This document shows, in pieces, positions 8,254 to 15,835 of a stretch of 40,956 bases of DNA (within the stretch, counting starts at the first letter, position 1; every line of letters starts with the position of its first letter). A model generated the notes under the pieces. That model saw only the letters and a program-made list of their open reading frames with translations, searched no databases and had not been told where the DNA came from. The position numbers and the translations under genes were made by a program. This stretch comes from a virus. Its lineage: Duplodnaviria; Caudoviricetes. The stretch is taken from positions 1-40,956 of IMG/VR virus record IMGVR_UViG_3300006077_000373, one strand, 5' to 3'.

Positions 8254-8606
8254 TACCAACCCCCGTGCAGAATGCTGGCGTTTGTACCGGTTCGCGCGTA
8301 ATGCAGGTCTTCGATCTTGAACTGCTCATCAACGGTGAACAGAGGGTTGCAGGCCGGGCAGTGACCCGCCACCTCAATCGAGTGGCTCGCGATGTTGTAC
8401 TGCCCATAGTCTCGGGAGCAGGCCGGGCATTTCACCAGCTGCTCGCAGCAGGACTTAGCGGCCACCTCATCGGAGCCGTGGAGCTTTCCACACTCTCCGC
8501 ACTCGTACACCTCCCACACCTCAGGCTGGCAGCATTCGCGGGCGTCGTCTTCGTCTTCGTGGATTTCATCGCACTGGCTGCACTGGTAACGGGTTTTGCA
8601 TTCCAT
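8253..8606 (-). CDS. Zinc-finger-rich phage protein
   Basis: Repeated CxxC...H...CC units; GGAGG SD. Confidence 0.75.
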   Translation of the reverse strand: MECKTRYQCSQCDEIHEDEDDARECCQPEVWEVYECGECGKLHGSDEVAAKSCCEQLVKCPACSRDYGQYNIASHSIEVAGHCPACNPLFTVDEQFKIEDLHYARTGTNASILHGGW

Positions 8607-8637
8607 TTTTCAACCTCCGTGACATACCGCCGTGACG

Positions 8638-8886
8638 CTACGGCTCCGCAACAAACTTGCGCAGGGCAGCGTCATCCAGGCGGGCGGCGTTATGGATTAA
8701 ACGGGTCAGCAGGTCGTGCACCTCGTCGATGCCGGTGACCTGCTGGATGCGCTCGAGCCGTTCTGCTGTTCCTTTGAACACCTCCAGCTTGAGGCTGTAG
8801 GCCAGCAGCCGTGCGTGGCGCTCGTCCTCTTTGAGCTTGTCGCGCTCGCGTTGCTCCCGCTTGCGCTCTGTGGCTGACTTGGCCAT
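8638..8886 (-). CDS. Hypothetical phage protein
   Basis: MAKSATERKREQRER basic N-terminus typical of small phage DNA-binding proteins. Confidence 0.7.
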   Translation of the reverse strand: MAKSATERKREQRERDKLKEDERHARLLAYSLKLEVFKGTAERLERIQQVTGIDEVHDLLTRLIHNAARLDDAALRKFVAEP

Positions 8887-8888
8887 GG

Positions 8889-9281
8889 CTACACCAAGGC
8901 GACCGGCTTTTGCTCTTGCTGGCGCCAGGCATCAGCGAAGGGCAGGGAGTGGTGGTTTTCGTACACCATCAGCCCGAGGCGCTTGGCTTCCGCGATCTCG
9001 GCCAGGGTGCCGCTGGAGGCCTCCCAGCCGGGGCAGAGCACGACCACGTCTGCGCGTCGCAGCAGCTCCATGGTTGCGGCCAGCCAGAACTCGTCGCCGA
9101 TGTGCGGGTCGACCAGGTCGAGGTCGCCGGTGTTGGCGTGAGGCACGATCGGAGACCACCGCTTACGCGCGACCAGCAGGCCGATGGCGCGTGCGGACTG
9201 AATGTTCAGCGTGACCGCTTCCCGGGTCGCGCCGCGGTAGGGGCCGGCGATGTAGGCAACCGGCATGCGGGCGGGGCTCAT
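8889..9281 (-). CDS. DUF4406 / nucleoside 2-deoxyribosyltransferase-like protein
   Basis: YIAGPY...PH...LLRRADVVVLCPGWEASSGTLAE..EA motifs. Confidence 0.75.
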   Translation of the reverse strand: MSPARMPVAYIAGPYRGATREAVTLNIQSARAIGLLVARKRWSPIVPHANTGDLDLVDPHIGDEFWLAATMELLRRADVVVLCPGWEASSGTLAEIAEAKRLGLMVYENHHSLPFADAWRQQEQKPVALV

Positions 9282-9442
9282 GCGGCACCCCGCAGGCTGA
9301 GTGATGCGCGGGCACGCTCATAGCGCTCGCGTTTGGCTACTGCATTCTGGTAGCCGTTGGCCCAGCCGATGACAGTGCCGCCCAGGGTGAGGCGCCAGAA
9401 GGATCCGCGCCCGGTAGATTCGATTTGGATTTGCTGTTGCAT
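9278..9442 (-). CDS. Small hypothetical protein (54 aa)
   Basis: MQQQIQIESTGRG... with GAGGA SD; stop overlaps the next start. Confidence 0.6.
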   Translation of the reverse strand: MQQQIQIESTGRGSFWRLTLGGTVIGWANGYQNAVAKRERYERARASLSLRGAA

Positions 9443-9456
9443 GGTCACGTCCTCTG

Positions 9457-9846
9457 TCACACGTAATCGAAGGGGTTGTAGAAGGGGTCGTCCCGGCGGG
9501 CGCCGCCTTTCATGCGCACCAGGCCGCCGCGCGGGTTGCGTGGGGCGCGCTCTTGCTGGGTGTCTGGCGTGGAGTTGACCACCACGCAGCACACGGCCAG
9601 GAAGATTGCGAGCGGGGCGATGATGGCGCGGCGCATGGCCTCGGCCACCAGCTGGGCCCGGCGGTGGGCGCCGAGCTTGAACATGGCGCTCATGATGCGC
9701 TTGCGCACGCTGTCAGGTGCCAGCCCTGCAGCGCGGGCAATCTCTTTGTCTGTCTGGCCTTCGGCAACGCGAAGGGTGAACTCAAGTTCTCGCGTACTCA
9801 GCAGGCCGGTAACGCCCTGCCAGTGCTCACTGGTGAGTGTTGTCAT
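9457..9846 (-). CDS. LuxR-type HTH regulator with hydrophobic C-terminal segment
   Basis: LSTRELE...VAEGQTDKEIAR...SVRKRI...MFKLGAHRRAQLV. Confidence 0.8.
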   Translation of the reverse strand: MTTLTSEHWQGVTGLLSTRELEFTLRVAEGQTDKEIARAAGLAPDSVRKRIMSAMFKLGAHRRAQLVAEAMRRAIIAPLAIFLAVCCVVVNSTPDTQQERAPRNPRGGLVRMKGGARRDDPFYNPFDYV

Positions 9847-10010
9847 GGTGGTGCTCCGGATGGGTGCCCGCGGGTGCTTCCGGGCACAGGAAGGGAAGAG
9901 GTGCGCTGCCTTTTTATGACGCGAATATGTCGCAGCGCGAGCCCGTCGCACGGGCTGCTGGCTTCGCCAAGGGCGGTGCCGTTACTGTGCCCACGCATGG
10001 TGGGTCAGCT

Positions 10011-10170
10011 GTGATGCAGATGGCCGGCGCAATAGCTGGACGGTTCCGGCAAGCCGTAGGCCTGTACGGGGCCTATCGTTCATCTGCATCTGGAAGGACT
10101 CTGCCGCTTGATCGCCTCAAGCCGGCTGGACTCATACGGTGTTCTGATGCCGGCAGAGCCCTTCCAGATG
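10011..10170 (-). ncRNA. Putative structured RNA (C4-like/tRNA-like multi-stem)
   Basis: 10-bp stem GATGCAGATG/CATCTGCATC enclosing two hairpins, plus a 20-bp inverted repeat with one non-Watson-Crick position (10087-10106 / 10151-10170). Confidence 0.4.
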
Positions 10171-10290
10171 CCCAGCAGATATACCGCTGCTGGGGCCGGT
10201 ACCAGGTCACGCGGGCGGATGTTCAAGCGTAGGACTCCGCGCCCTGACTGCCGGTGATATATGCCCCTCCGCCGGCTGGGGTCGTCGTGC

Positions 10291-10512
10291 TCAATGCTTG
10301 GTGCAGACGTGGTGCTTGGCATTGCATCCGCACCGGACGCCGTGACCTGTTACCCGGTAGTGATGGGTGATCGCCGGAAGAGGGCGGCCGCCTCGGCATA
10401 CCATGCGCACGTCTTCAACCCATTCCAGCCGGGTAAAGTGCGCCGCGCCGTGAATCAGGGCAGGGCCGGGGGTGGTTTCTGGGAAGAAATCCCAATCAGT
10501 GTCAGTGTTCAT
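10291..10512 (-). CDS. Small His/Cys-rich hypothetical protein (73 aa)
   Basis: AGGAGG SD before MNTDTDWDFF...CGCNAKHHVCTKH. Confidence 0.55.
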   Translation of the reverse strand: MNTDTDWDFFPETTPGPALIHGAAHFTRLEWVEDVRMVCRGGRPLPAITHHYRVTGHGVRCGCNAKHHVCTKH

Positions 10513-10523
10513 GCAACCTCCTG

Positions 10524-10646
10524 TCAGGGTGTGCAGAGAATCAGGTGCCCGGTGAACGCAGCCCAAAGGAATGCGCCGCCGAGGACTGCGAGCGTGACTA
10601 CCGAGGCTGTCGCCACGCCTTCGCTGATGAGTCGAATAATCTTCAT
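10524..10646 (-). CDS. Small single-TM protein (40 aa), not in the ORF track
   Basis: AGGAG SD; MKIIRLISEGVATASVVTLAVLGGAFLWAAFTGHLILCTP. Confidence 0.6.
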   Translation of the reverse strand: MKIIRLISEGVATASVVTLAVLGGAFLWAAFTGHLILCTP

Positions 10647-10661
10647 GCGTTACTCCTGTTC

Positions 10662-10703
10662 GATTCGCCGGATGGCCCTGTCGCCAAGGCCATCGAGGAA
10701 ATC
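10662..10703 (-). promoter_or_regulatory. Long hairpin in the pL leader (possible RNase III site)
   Basis: GATTTCCTCGATGGCCTTGGCGACAGGGCCATCCGGCGAATC, a stem with an internal loop. Confidence 0.4.
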
Positions 10704-10934
10704 TTTCCCCTACCAAACCGCCGGGGTGGCGGGGCGCGCAGCGTGCCGGGTCATTCGCTCGGTTCGGTCATTCCAACCTCGTCCGCTGCTGGGTGTTCCC
10801 AGCATGGGCAGGCGTTCGGGCCTGTCGGATCGCCGGTCGCCGTCAGAGGCTGCGCGGTCTGTTTCTGCGCTTTTACGTTCTGCCGCGCAGGCCGGGAGCA
10901 GGAAGCGCTGATCGCTTCGATTCATCCCTTGGAT

Positions 10935-10945
10935 TGTTAAAGAGC
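10935..10945 (-). promoter_or_regulatory. boxA antitermination element
   Basis: GCTCTTTAACA matches the rrn-type boxA consensus, about 35 nt downstream of pL. Confidence 0.8.
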
Positions 10946-10986
10946 TGTCGGGGCTGGCCCTGGCCGTTGGCGCTGGCTTGGGAGTG

Positions 10987-11038
10987 AATTTAGAAAACTT
11001 AACGATAGGCGTCAAGCATTTTGTTGAGAAAACTTAAC
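10987..11038 (-). promoter_or_regulatory. pL promoter with two CI operators
   Basis: TTGACG-17-TAAATT; operators ATTTAGAAAACTTAAC (10988-11003) and GTTGAGAAAACTTAAC (11023-11038) resemble the OR palindrome. Confidence 0.8.
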
Positions 11039-11088
11039 TTTATTGGGTTGGTGCGCTGGGGCGAGCGTTTGATTGGCTTAACCATCGC

Positions 11089-11150
11089 AAAAGAAAACCC
11101 GCCGAAGCGGGCTGGGGGAGGGCACAAAAAAGCCCGCTCGAGGCGGGCTT
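11089..11150 (-). terminator. Two tandem intrinsic terminators ending the cI operon
   Basis: AAGCCCGCCTCGAGCGGGCTTTTTT followed by CCCGCTTCGGCGGGTTTTCTTTT on the minus strand. Confidence 0.8.
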
Positions 11151-11161
11151 GTGGAACGGGG

Positions 11162-11959
11162 TCAGGTGACCCTGGTGGATGCGGCCCGTCGCCGGTGGTG
11201 GTCTATCTTCTCGCGCAGGCTGTCGAAGCTGGCAACATTCGGGACCACATCATTGGCAGCGGCGAGCAGGCGAGAAACATCTGCTTTCGGCAGCTCGGAT
11301 ATGTCATTGCAAACCACGATGGAGTCGAACTCTTGCCCAGCATGCTTGAGTTTCAGCAGGGTGATGGTGGTGAGCCGCGCCTTGTCTTTGCCGCTAACAC
11401 CAAACAGGAATAGAGGCCAAGAGCCGGTCTCGATCCGGTAGTCGACAAGGTAATCGGTGCCACCTTCAAAATCCGGAACATAGTCAGCGGTCACGTCATC
11501 CGCAGGCACTGCTGCGGTGATAGCGGCCTGCAGGTCATTGTAGAATGTCGACTCAACCCGGTTGCGCGTCCACAGGGCTATATCTTCAATGCGGCTCAAC
11601 CCCTGGCCAAGCCTGAACATGCCGGCGATAAGCTGATCAGCCGGCACCTCTGTGTAGATCTCGCCATCATCTTCCTCGAGGCCAGACTCGGTGAGGATTG
11701 TTGAGTAGAGGCTAGCCCTGGTGCCGCTGAGTAGGGTGTTCAGGTCGCTGTCATAGCTGAGCCGCATCATCGTTGTCGCTGCATCTGACAGCTTCCAGCC
11801 AGCGCGAGTACGGGTCAGGTAAACGCAGAACGAATCCCCGTCTCGGGCAGTCATTGGGAGCGAGACCGAAATAAGATCGCCAGCCGCGCGAATGCCTACG
11901 TCTGCGCAGAACGCATTGCATAGGTTTTCTTTCAGGCTGTTGAGTTCGGCTTCGGTCAT
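11162..11959 (-). CDS. DUF1828-like protein (candidate defence component)
   Basis: SLPM..RDGDSF.VY......WKLSD.ATTMMRL N-terminus; C-terminal VDY.I...LFLFGV...IVV domain. Confidence 0.7.
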   Translation of the reverse strand: MTEAELNSLKENLCNAFCADVGIRAAGDLISVSLPMTARDGDSFCVYLTRTRAGWKLSDAATTMMRLSYDSDLNTLLSGTRASLYSTILTESGLEEDDGEIYTEVPADQLIAGMFRLGQGLSRIEDIALWTRNRVESTFYNDLQAAITAAVPADDVTADYVPDFEGGTDYLVDYRIETGSWPLFLFGVSGKDKARLTTITLLKLKHAGQEFDSIVVCNDISELPKADVSRLLAAANDVVPNVASFDSLREKIDHHRRRAASTRVT

Positions 11960-12444
11960 ATCAGGCTCAGTTGACTTCCGTCATCAGCGCTATCCGGTGG
12001 CGAAGTATGCAGCCCGGAAATGCAGCAGTCCATAATCAGACAGTGTAGTGCGCCTGAAAGGTCCGAGTACCGGTCCGTGGTAACAGCGAATTTTTCAGCC
12101 TTGTCGCCCAGTTCGATGTAGCGCTGAGTAGCTTTATGGATGTGGCACTTGAAGCGAATTAGCTCGCCACCCTCAAGGGGGTTGCGGTGGTCGTGATTGC
12201 TGCCGTTGTAGCGAGTCAGGTGGATGCGTTCCCCGCAGGGATGATGGTAGACAAGCCCGCACGAGTAGTGCTCTGGATCGATACTGTTCTGTCGGGCGTA
12301 AAGCTCAAACCGGTGAGTGCCGCACTCGGATTCAAGCGCGTATGTAGTTTGGGTGGACTTGCGCTGCTCTTTGGTTCTTGCCTTGGGGTTTGTGACGGTC
12401 TTAGGCGTGAGAAGAAGTTCTTCGATCTGTTCGTCCGTGAGCAT
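11956..12444 (-). CDS. DUF6978-like protein (candidate defence component)
   Basis: MLTDEQIEELLLTPK...YSCGL...LTRYNGSNHDHRNP...CHIH; GAGGT SD; ATGA overlap with the next gene. Confidence 0.65.
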   Translation of the reverse strand: MLTDEQIEELLLTPKTVTNPKARTKEQRKSTQTTYALESECGTHRFELYARQNSIDPEHYSCGLVYHHPCGERIHLTRYNGSNHDHRNPLEGGELIRFKCHIHKATQRYIELGDKAEKFAVTTDRYSDLSGALHCLIMDCCISGLHTSPPDSADDGSQLSLI

Positions 12445-12469
12445 TGCGCACCTCGATTTCCGTATCCAG

Positions 12470-12592
12470 CTAATGGGCAAGCACTATCACAGCCGCCGCC
12501 CCACAAACCACCACCACCACCGCCTCAAGCAGCTGCCGCCTGGCCCAGCGCTTACCCTCAAACAGGGCCTGCCAGAAGTGGAAGCCGAACAT
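12470..12592 (-). CDS. Small single-TM protein (40 aa) coupled to cI
   Basis: TGATG overlap with the cI stop; MFGFHFWQALFEGKRWARRQLLEAVVVVVCGAAAVIVLAH. Confidence 0.45.
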   Translation of the reverse strand: MFGFHFWQALFEGKRWARRQLLEAVVVVVCGAAAVIVLAH

Positions 12593-13260
12593 CACATCAT
12601 TCCACCGCCGCGCCAGATCACCCGGCCGATAATTGGCATTTCGTGCACGGCCTCGGCGGAAAGAGCTTCGTCCGGGTAGTCGGATTTATTCGGATTGTCG
12701 CTGCGGATGATCCAGCTGCCAGTCAGACCCAGCACCAGGCGCTTGATGCTGATATCTCCATCAGGGCGCCGTATCGCGTACACCTGCCGGTCTCGCGGGG
12801 TTATGTCTGACTGATCAAACAGCACAACATCCCCCTCCATCACGTAGGGTTCCATGCTGGCGCCTGATGCGTATATCACGCAGAGATTCTCGGGCTTCAC
12901 CTTCATCTTGGCCAGCCAGTCGCGCTTGAAGGCGAGTCCGCCTTTTATCTCGGCGTGGTCATTCAGGTATCCATTCCCACACTCGCCAAGGGCTGTGTAC
13001 TGCGGAATCAAAGCGTAATCCTTATCGCTTGGGGCATCTTCTGGCGCGTCATCGCGTCGTGACGATCTGCCTGTCTGCAGCCAGGTTGGCGAGCACTCCA
13101 GCACCGCCGCCGCCTTTGTCAGGTTTTCACCCTTCAAGCCAGTGGTTCCGTTCAGCCAGTGTGAAACGGTTGCCTTGCTCACGCCAATACGCCTCGCCAA
13201 TTCGGCGGGGGTCATTTTCAGCTCCTCCAGGCGGAGGGCAATTCTGTCTGCAATGGTCAT
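12592..13260 (-). CDS. cI: CI-like repressor (HTH + S24 autopeptidase)
   Basis: HTH AELARRIGVSKATVSHW; catalytic Ser (GASMEP) and Lys (IKRL); IIGRVIW; divergent from cro. Confidence 0.95.
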   Translation of the reverse strand: MTIADRIALRLEELKMTPAELARRIGVSKATVSHWLNGTTGLKGENLTKAAAVLECSPTWLQTGRSSRRDDAPEDAPSDKDYALIPQYTALGECGNGYLNDHAEIKGGLAFKRDWLAKMKVKPENLCVIYASGASMEPYVMEGDVVLFDQSDITPRDRQVYAIRRPDGDISIKRLVLGLTGSWIIRSDNPNKSDYPDEALSAEAVHEMPIIGRVIWRGGGMM

Positions 13261-13324
13261 GTTTAGGATTCTAAACGCCATGCAGTTAACATTGCTTGCA
13301 AGCATTGGTTAACTTTTCTAAACT
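13261..13324. promoter_or_regulatory. OR control region: pRM, pR and CI operators
   Basis: Palindrome GTTTAGGATTCTAAAC (13261-13276) and GTTAACTTTTCTAAAC (13308-13323); pR TTGCAA-17-TAAACT; pRM -10 TAGAAT on the minus strand. Confidence 0.8.
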
Positions 13325-13348
13325 CGCCAAAGATGAATGGAGGTGCTT

Positions 13349-13555
13349 ATGACCTTTGATGAAGCTCTGGCGCATTTCAAAACCGGCAAATCCATTGCCG
13401 ATGCGCTTGGCGTGTCTGGAGGCCGCGTTTCTCAGTGCCGGGCTGCCGGCGGGTTTTCCTACCCAATGCAGTGCGTGCTCGAGAAAGAGTCCGATGGCGC
13501 GCTTGTTGCTCGCCGCGAAGACGAGCCGGTTACCGCAACCGGCACAGCCGCCTGA
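13349..13555 (+). CDS. cro: Cro-like repressor
   Basis: MTFDEALAHF...IADALGVSGGRVSQ...Q..LE..S.G.L; GGAGG SD. Confidence 0.85.
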   Translation: MTFDEALAHFKTGKSIADALGVSGGRVSQCRAAGGFSYPMQCVLEKESDGALVARREDEPVTATGTAA

Positions 13556-13608
13556 CCACGATTACATGGTGCCCGATGCGGGCGGGTGCGTTAAGCGCAC
13601 TGACAGTG

Positions 13609-13624
13609 CTGGTTTTTCATACAG
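13609..13624 (+). promoter_or_regulatory. LexA (SOS) box
   Basis: CTGGTTTTTCATACAG fits CTG-N10-CAG with an AT-rich spacer. Confidence 0.7.
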
Positions 13625-13627
13625 GCA

Positions 13628-13670
13628 ATAAAAAACCCCGGCATTGATGGGTGGGGACCCTGCCGGGGCT
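13628..13670 (-). terminator. Intrinsic terminator oriented antisense to the pR operon
   Basis: CCCCGGCA...TGCCGGGG stem with an A-run on its left, giving a U-tract on the minus strand. Confidence 0.55.
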
Positions 13671-13687
13671 TCGAGAGAGAGGACATT

Positions 13688-14392
13688 ATGGCTACAGACG
13701 TGATGTTGAGCAATACCCGCTCCGAGCTGACGATGAGCAGCGAAGAGATTGCCGACCTGCTGGGTGCGCGGCACGACAGCGTGCAACGGACCATCCAGAG
13801 GCTGGCGCTGAAGAAGGTTATCCCTTTACCACCAATGGTGGAAAAGCCCGCCACCGGTGGCCGCCCAGGCTTGGTGTACCACGTGAGCAAGCGCGACAGC
13901 TACGTGGTGGTGGCGCAGATGTCGCCAGAGTTCACGGCGCGGCTGGTTGACCGCTGGCAGGAGCTGGAAGACCAGCAGGCCGCCCCGCCTGCAATCCCCC
14001 AAACACTACCGGAAGCGCTGCGACTGGCCGCCGACTTGGCAGAGCAGAACGGCGCGCTGCGTGTGGTGGTTGCCGAGCAGCAGCCGAAGGTCGAGGCGCT
14101 GGAGCGCATTGCCGACAGCAGCGGGACTATGTGCCTGACCGATGCTGCCAAGCACCTCGGCGTGCAGCGTAAGTGGCTGCTGGCCTGGATGCGCGACAAC
14201 CGATGGATCTATCGCCGCGAAGGTTCGGCGCGCTGGCTGGCGTATGCACCGCGGCTGTCTTCCGGGCTGCTTGAACACAAGGTAACGGTGATTGGCCTGG
14301 ATGATGAGCAGCAGGACCGCTTGGCGTCACAGGTGCGTGTCACGCCGAAGGGTTTGACGGTGCTGGCGCAAAAGCTGGGGAGGGCGGTCTGA
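13688..14392 (+). CDS. Rha-family / antirepressor KilAC-domain protein
   Basis: MSSEEIADL...RHDSV; FTARLVDRWQELE; IPQTLPEALRLAADL; PKV; VRVTPKGL. Confidence 0.9.
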   Translation: MATDVMLSNTRSELTMSSEEIADLLGARHDSVQRTIQRLALKKVIPLPPMVEKPATGGRPGLVYHVSKRDSYVVVAQMSPEFTARLVDRWQELEDQQAAPPAIPQTLPEALRLAADLAEQNGALRVVVAEQQPKVEALERIADSSGTMCLTDAAKHLGVQRKWLLAWMRDNRWIYRREGSARWLAYAPRLSSGLLEHKVTVIGLDDEQQDRLASQVRVTPKGLTVLAQKLGRAV

Positions 14393-15162
14393 TGGCGGGC
14401 GATTGGATCAAGATGCGCGGCAACCTGTGGGATGACCCGCGCATTGCCTCCCTGTGTGATGCGACCGATCAGCCAGAGGCGATGATCATCGGTGGCCTGT
14501 ACTGGCTGTGGGCGATGGCGGACCAGCACACCGAAGACGGCACGCTGCCCGGCCTGACTCTGAAAGCCATCGACCGCAGGACCTGCGTGCCTGGGCTTGG
14601 TGCCGCGCTGGCGGATATTGATTGGCTTCAGGTTGTGGATGGCGGGGTAATGGTGCCGCGCTTCGATGAGCACAACGGCGCGTCTGCAAAACGGCGCTGC
14701 CAGGATGCAAAGCGCAAGGCATCTGTCCGCAAGGTGTCCGCACCGGATTCGGACAAAAAGCAGAAGCCGCGCGGAGCTAGAGAAAGAGAAGAGTTAAACC
14801 CCTCACACACACCGCCCGCGGAGCATTCCGAGCCTGCTGGCGCTGACAACCCAGATGCCCCGGTGGAAATGACCCTGGAGTGGCAGCCGGACCAGAAAGC
14901 CTTGAAGGCCTACGCCGCAAGAGCGGGAGTACCGCTGGACGCATTCACTCCAGAGGCTGTTTCCCCATTCGTGCTGCACCACGAGCCACGAGGTCAGGTG
15001 AGGACGCTCAGGGAGTGGACTGCTGACCTTGTGCGCTGGGTGCAGCGTGACCGCGTGAACGGGAGTCGTGTTGTCCCGCTGAACCGTGCTCGCGCATCGC
15101 CCGGCAGGCAGGAGCTTGATCACGAAGACACGAGTTGGGCGGCTGATGGCGAGGGGGTGTGA
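14392..15162 (+). CDS. Replication initiator (O-like; DnaT-like C-terminal domain)
   Basis: MAGDWIKMR..L..DP N-terminus, FDEHNG.SAKRR, MTLEWQPD; located before the P-like gene. Confidence 0.8.
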   Translation: MAGDWIKMRGNLWDDPRIASLCDATDQPEAMIIGGLYWLWAMADQHTEDGTLPGLTLKAIDRRTCVPGLGAALADIDWLQVVDGGVMVPRFDEHNGASAKRRCQDAKRKASVRKVSAPDSDKKQKPRGAREREELNPSHTPPAEHSEPAGADNPDAPVEMTLEWQPDQKALKAYAARAGVPLDAFTPEAVSPFVLHHEPRGQVRTLREWTADLVRWVQRDRVNGSRVVPLNRARASPGRQELDHEDTSWAADGEGV

Positions 15163-15163
15163 G

Positions 15164-15835
15164 ATGGACAAGATCGACGATTTGACCGAGAAGGCGGCAG
15201 GGGCGCTGATGGCGGGCGCTGGGCAGATTCCTGCTGCACCTGCGGCGCTGGGTGACGAGGCGGTGCGGGTGGTGAACCTGCTGTTCGAGCGGCTGTGCGC
15301 GATCAAGCCGGCCTACCGGCAGGCGTGGCCTGATGACAAGGCGCTGGGCAAGGCCAAGCGGGAGTGGGTGCGGGCGTTCATGGCTGCTGGCATCACCACG
15401 GTTGATCAGCTGCGGTTTGGGCTGGAGGCCTGCAGGGCTGACCCGAGCGACTTTGTGCCGGGCCCTGGCAAGTTCATCGAGTGGTGCACGCCTGCGCCAG
15501 AGCGCATGGGGCTGCCGAGCATGGACGCGGCCTACCAGCAGGCGCTTCGCAACTCGCACCCGGCATCGATTGGCTGCGAGCACTGGGATCACGCCGCGGT
15601 GTACCACGCAACGCTGGCCTGCACGCGCACGGCGCTGCTGAGCCTGCCGGCCGACCGGTCGCGCGCCAAGTTCGAGCGGGTCTACCGCGATATCCAGAAC
15701 CGGTTGCTGCGCGGTGAGGTGCTGGCGCCTGCGCCGCCGAACGAGCAGAAGGCTATCCCGCGCATTGCTGACCCTGCCGTGGGGCGAGCGGCGCTGGCCG
15801 GGCTGCGGGCTGCGATGGGGGGTGCCAGCGTATGA
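15164..15835 (+). CDS. Replication protein P-like helicase loader
   Basis: VNLLFERL.AI.PA..QAW...KREW..AF...GI...G....R...FVP.PGKFIEWC...W.H.AVYHA. Confidence 0.85.
   Translation: MDKIDDLTEKAAGALMAGAGQIPAAPAALGDEAVRVVNLLFERLCAIKPAYRQAWPDDKALGKAKREWVRAFMAAGITTVDQLRFGLEACRADPSDFVPGPGKFIEWCTPAPERMGLPSMDAAYQQALRNSHPASIGCEHWDHAAVYHATLACTRTALLSLPADRSRAKFERVYRDIQNRLLRGEVLAPAPPNEQKAIPRIADPAVGRAALAGLRAAMGGASV

Noticed and set aside
10624-10670. Hammerhead-ribozyme-like CTGATGA followed by a possible stem on the + strand
   Set aside because: No GAAA follows the putative stem II, and the segment is antisense to a plausible small CDS.
10710-11015. 101-aa ORF as an N-like antiterminator
   Set aside because: It starts within the pL promoter, lacks a well-spaced SD at the internal ATG, has no compact Arg-rich motif, and overlaps strong RNA stems.
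14715-14765. Replication origin iterons inside the O-like gene (TGTCCGCA x2, inverted CGGACA)
   Set aside because: Position is plausible, but two short repeats are too weak to call.
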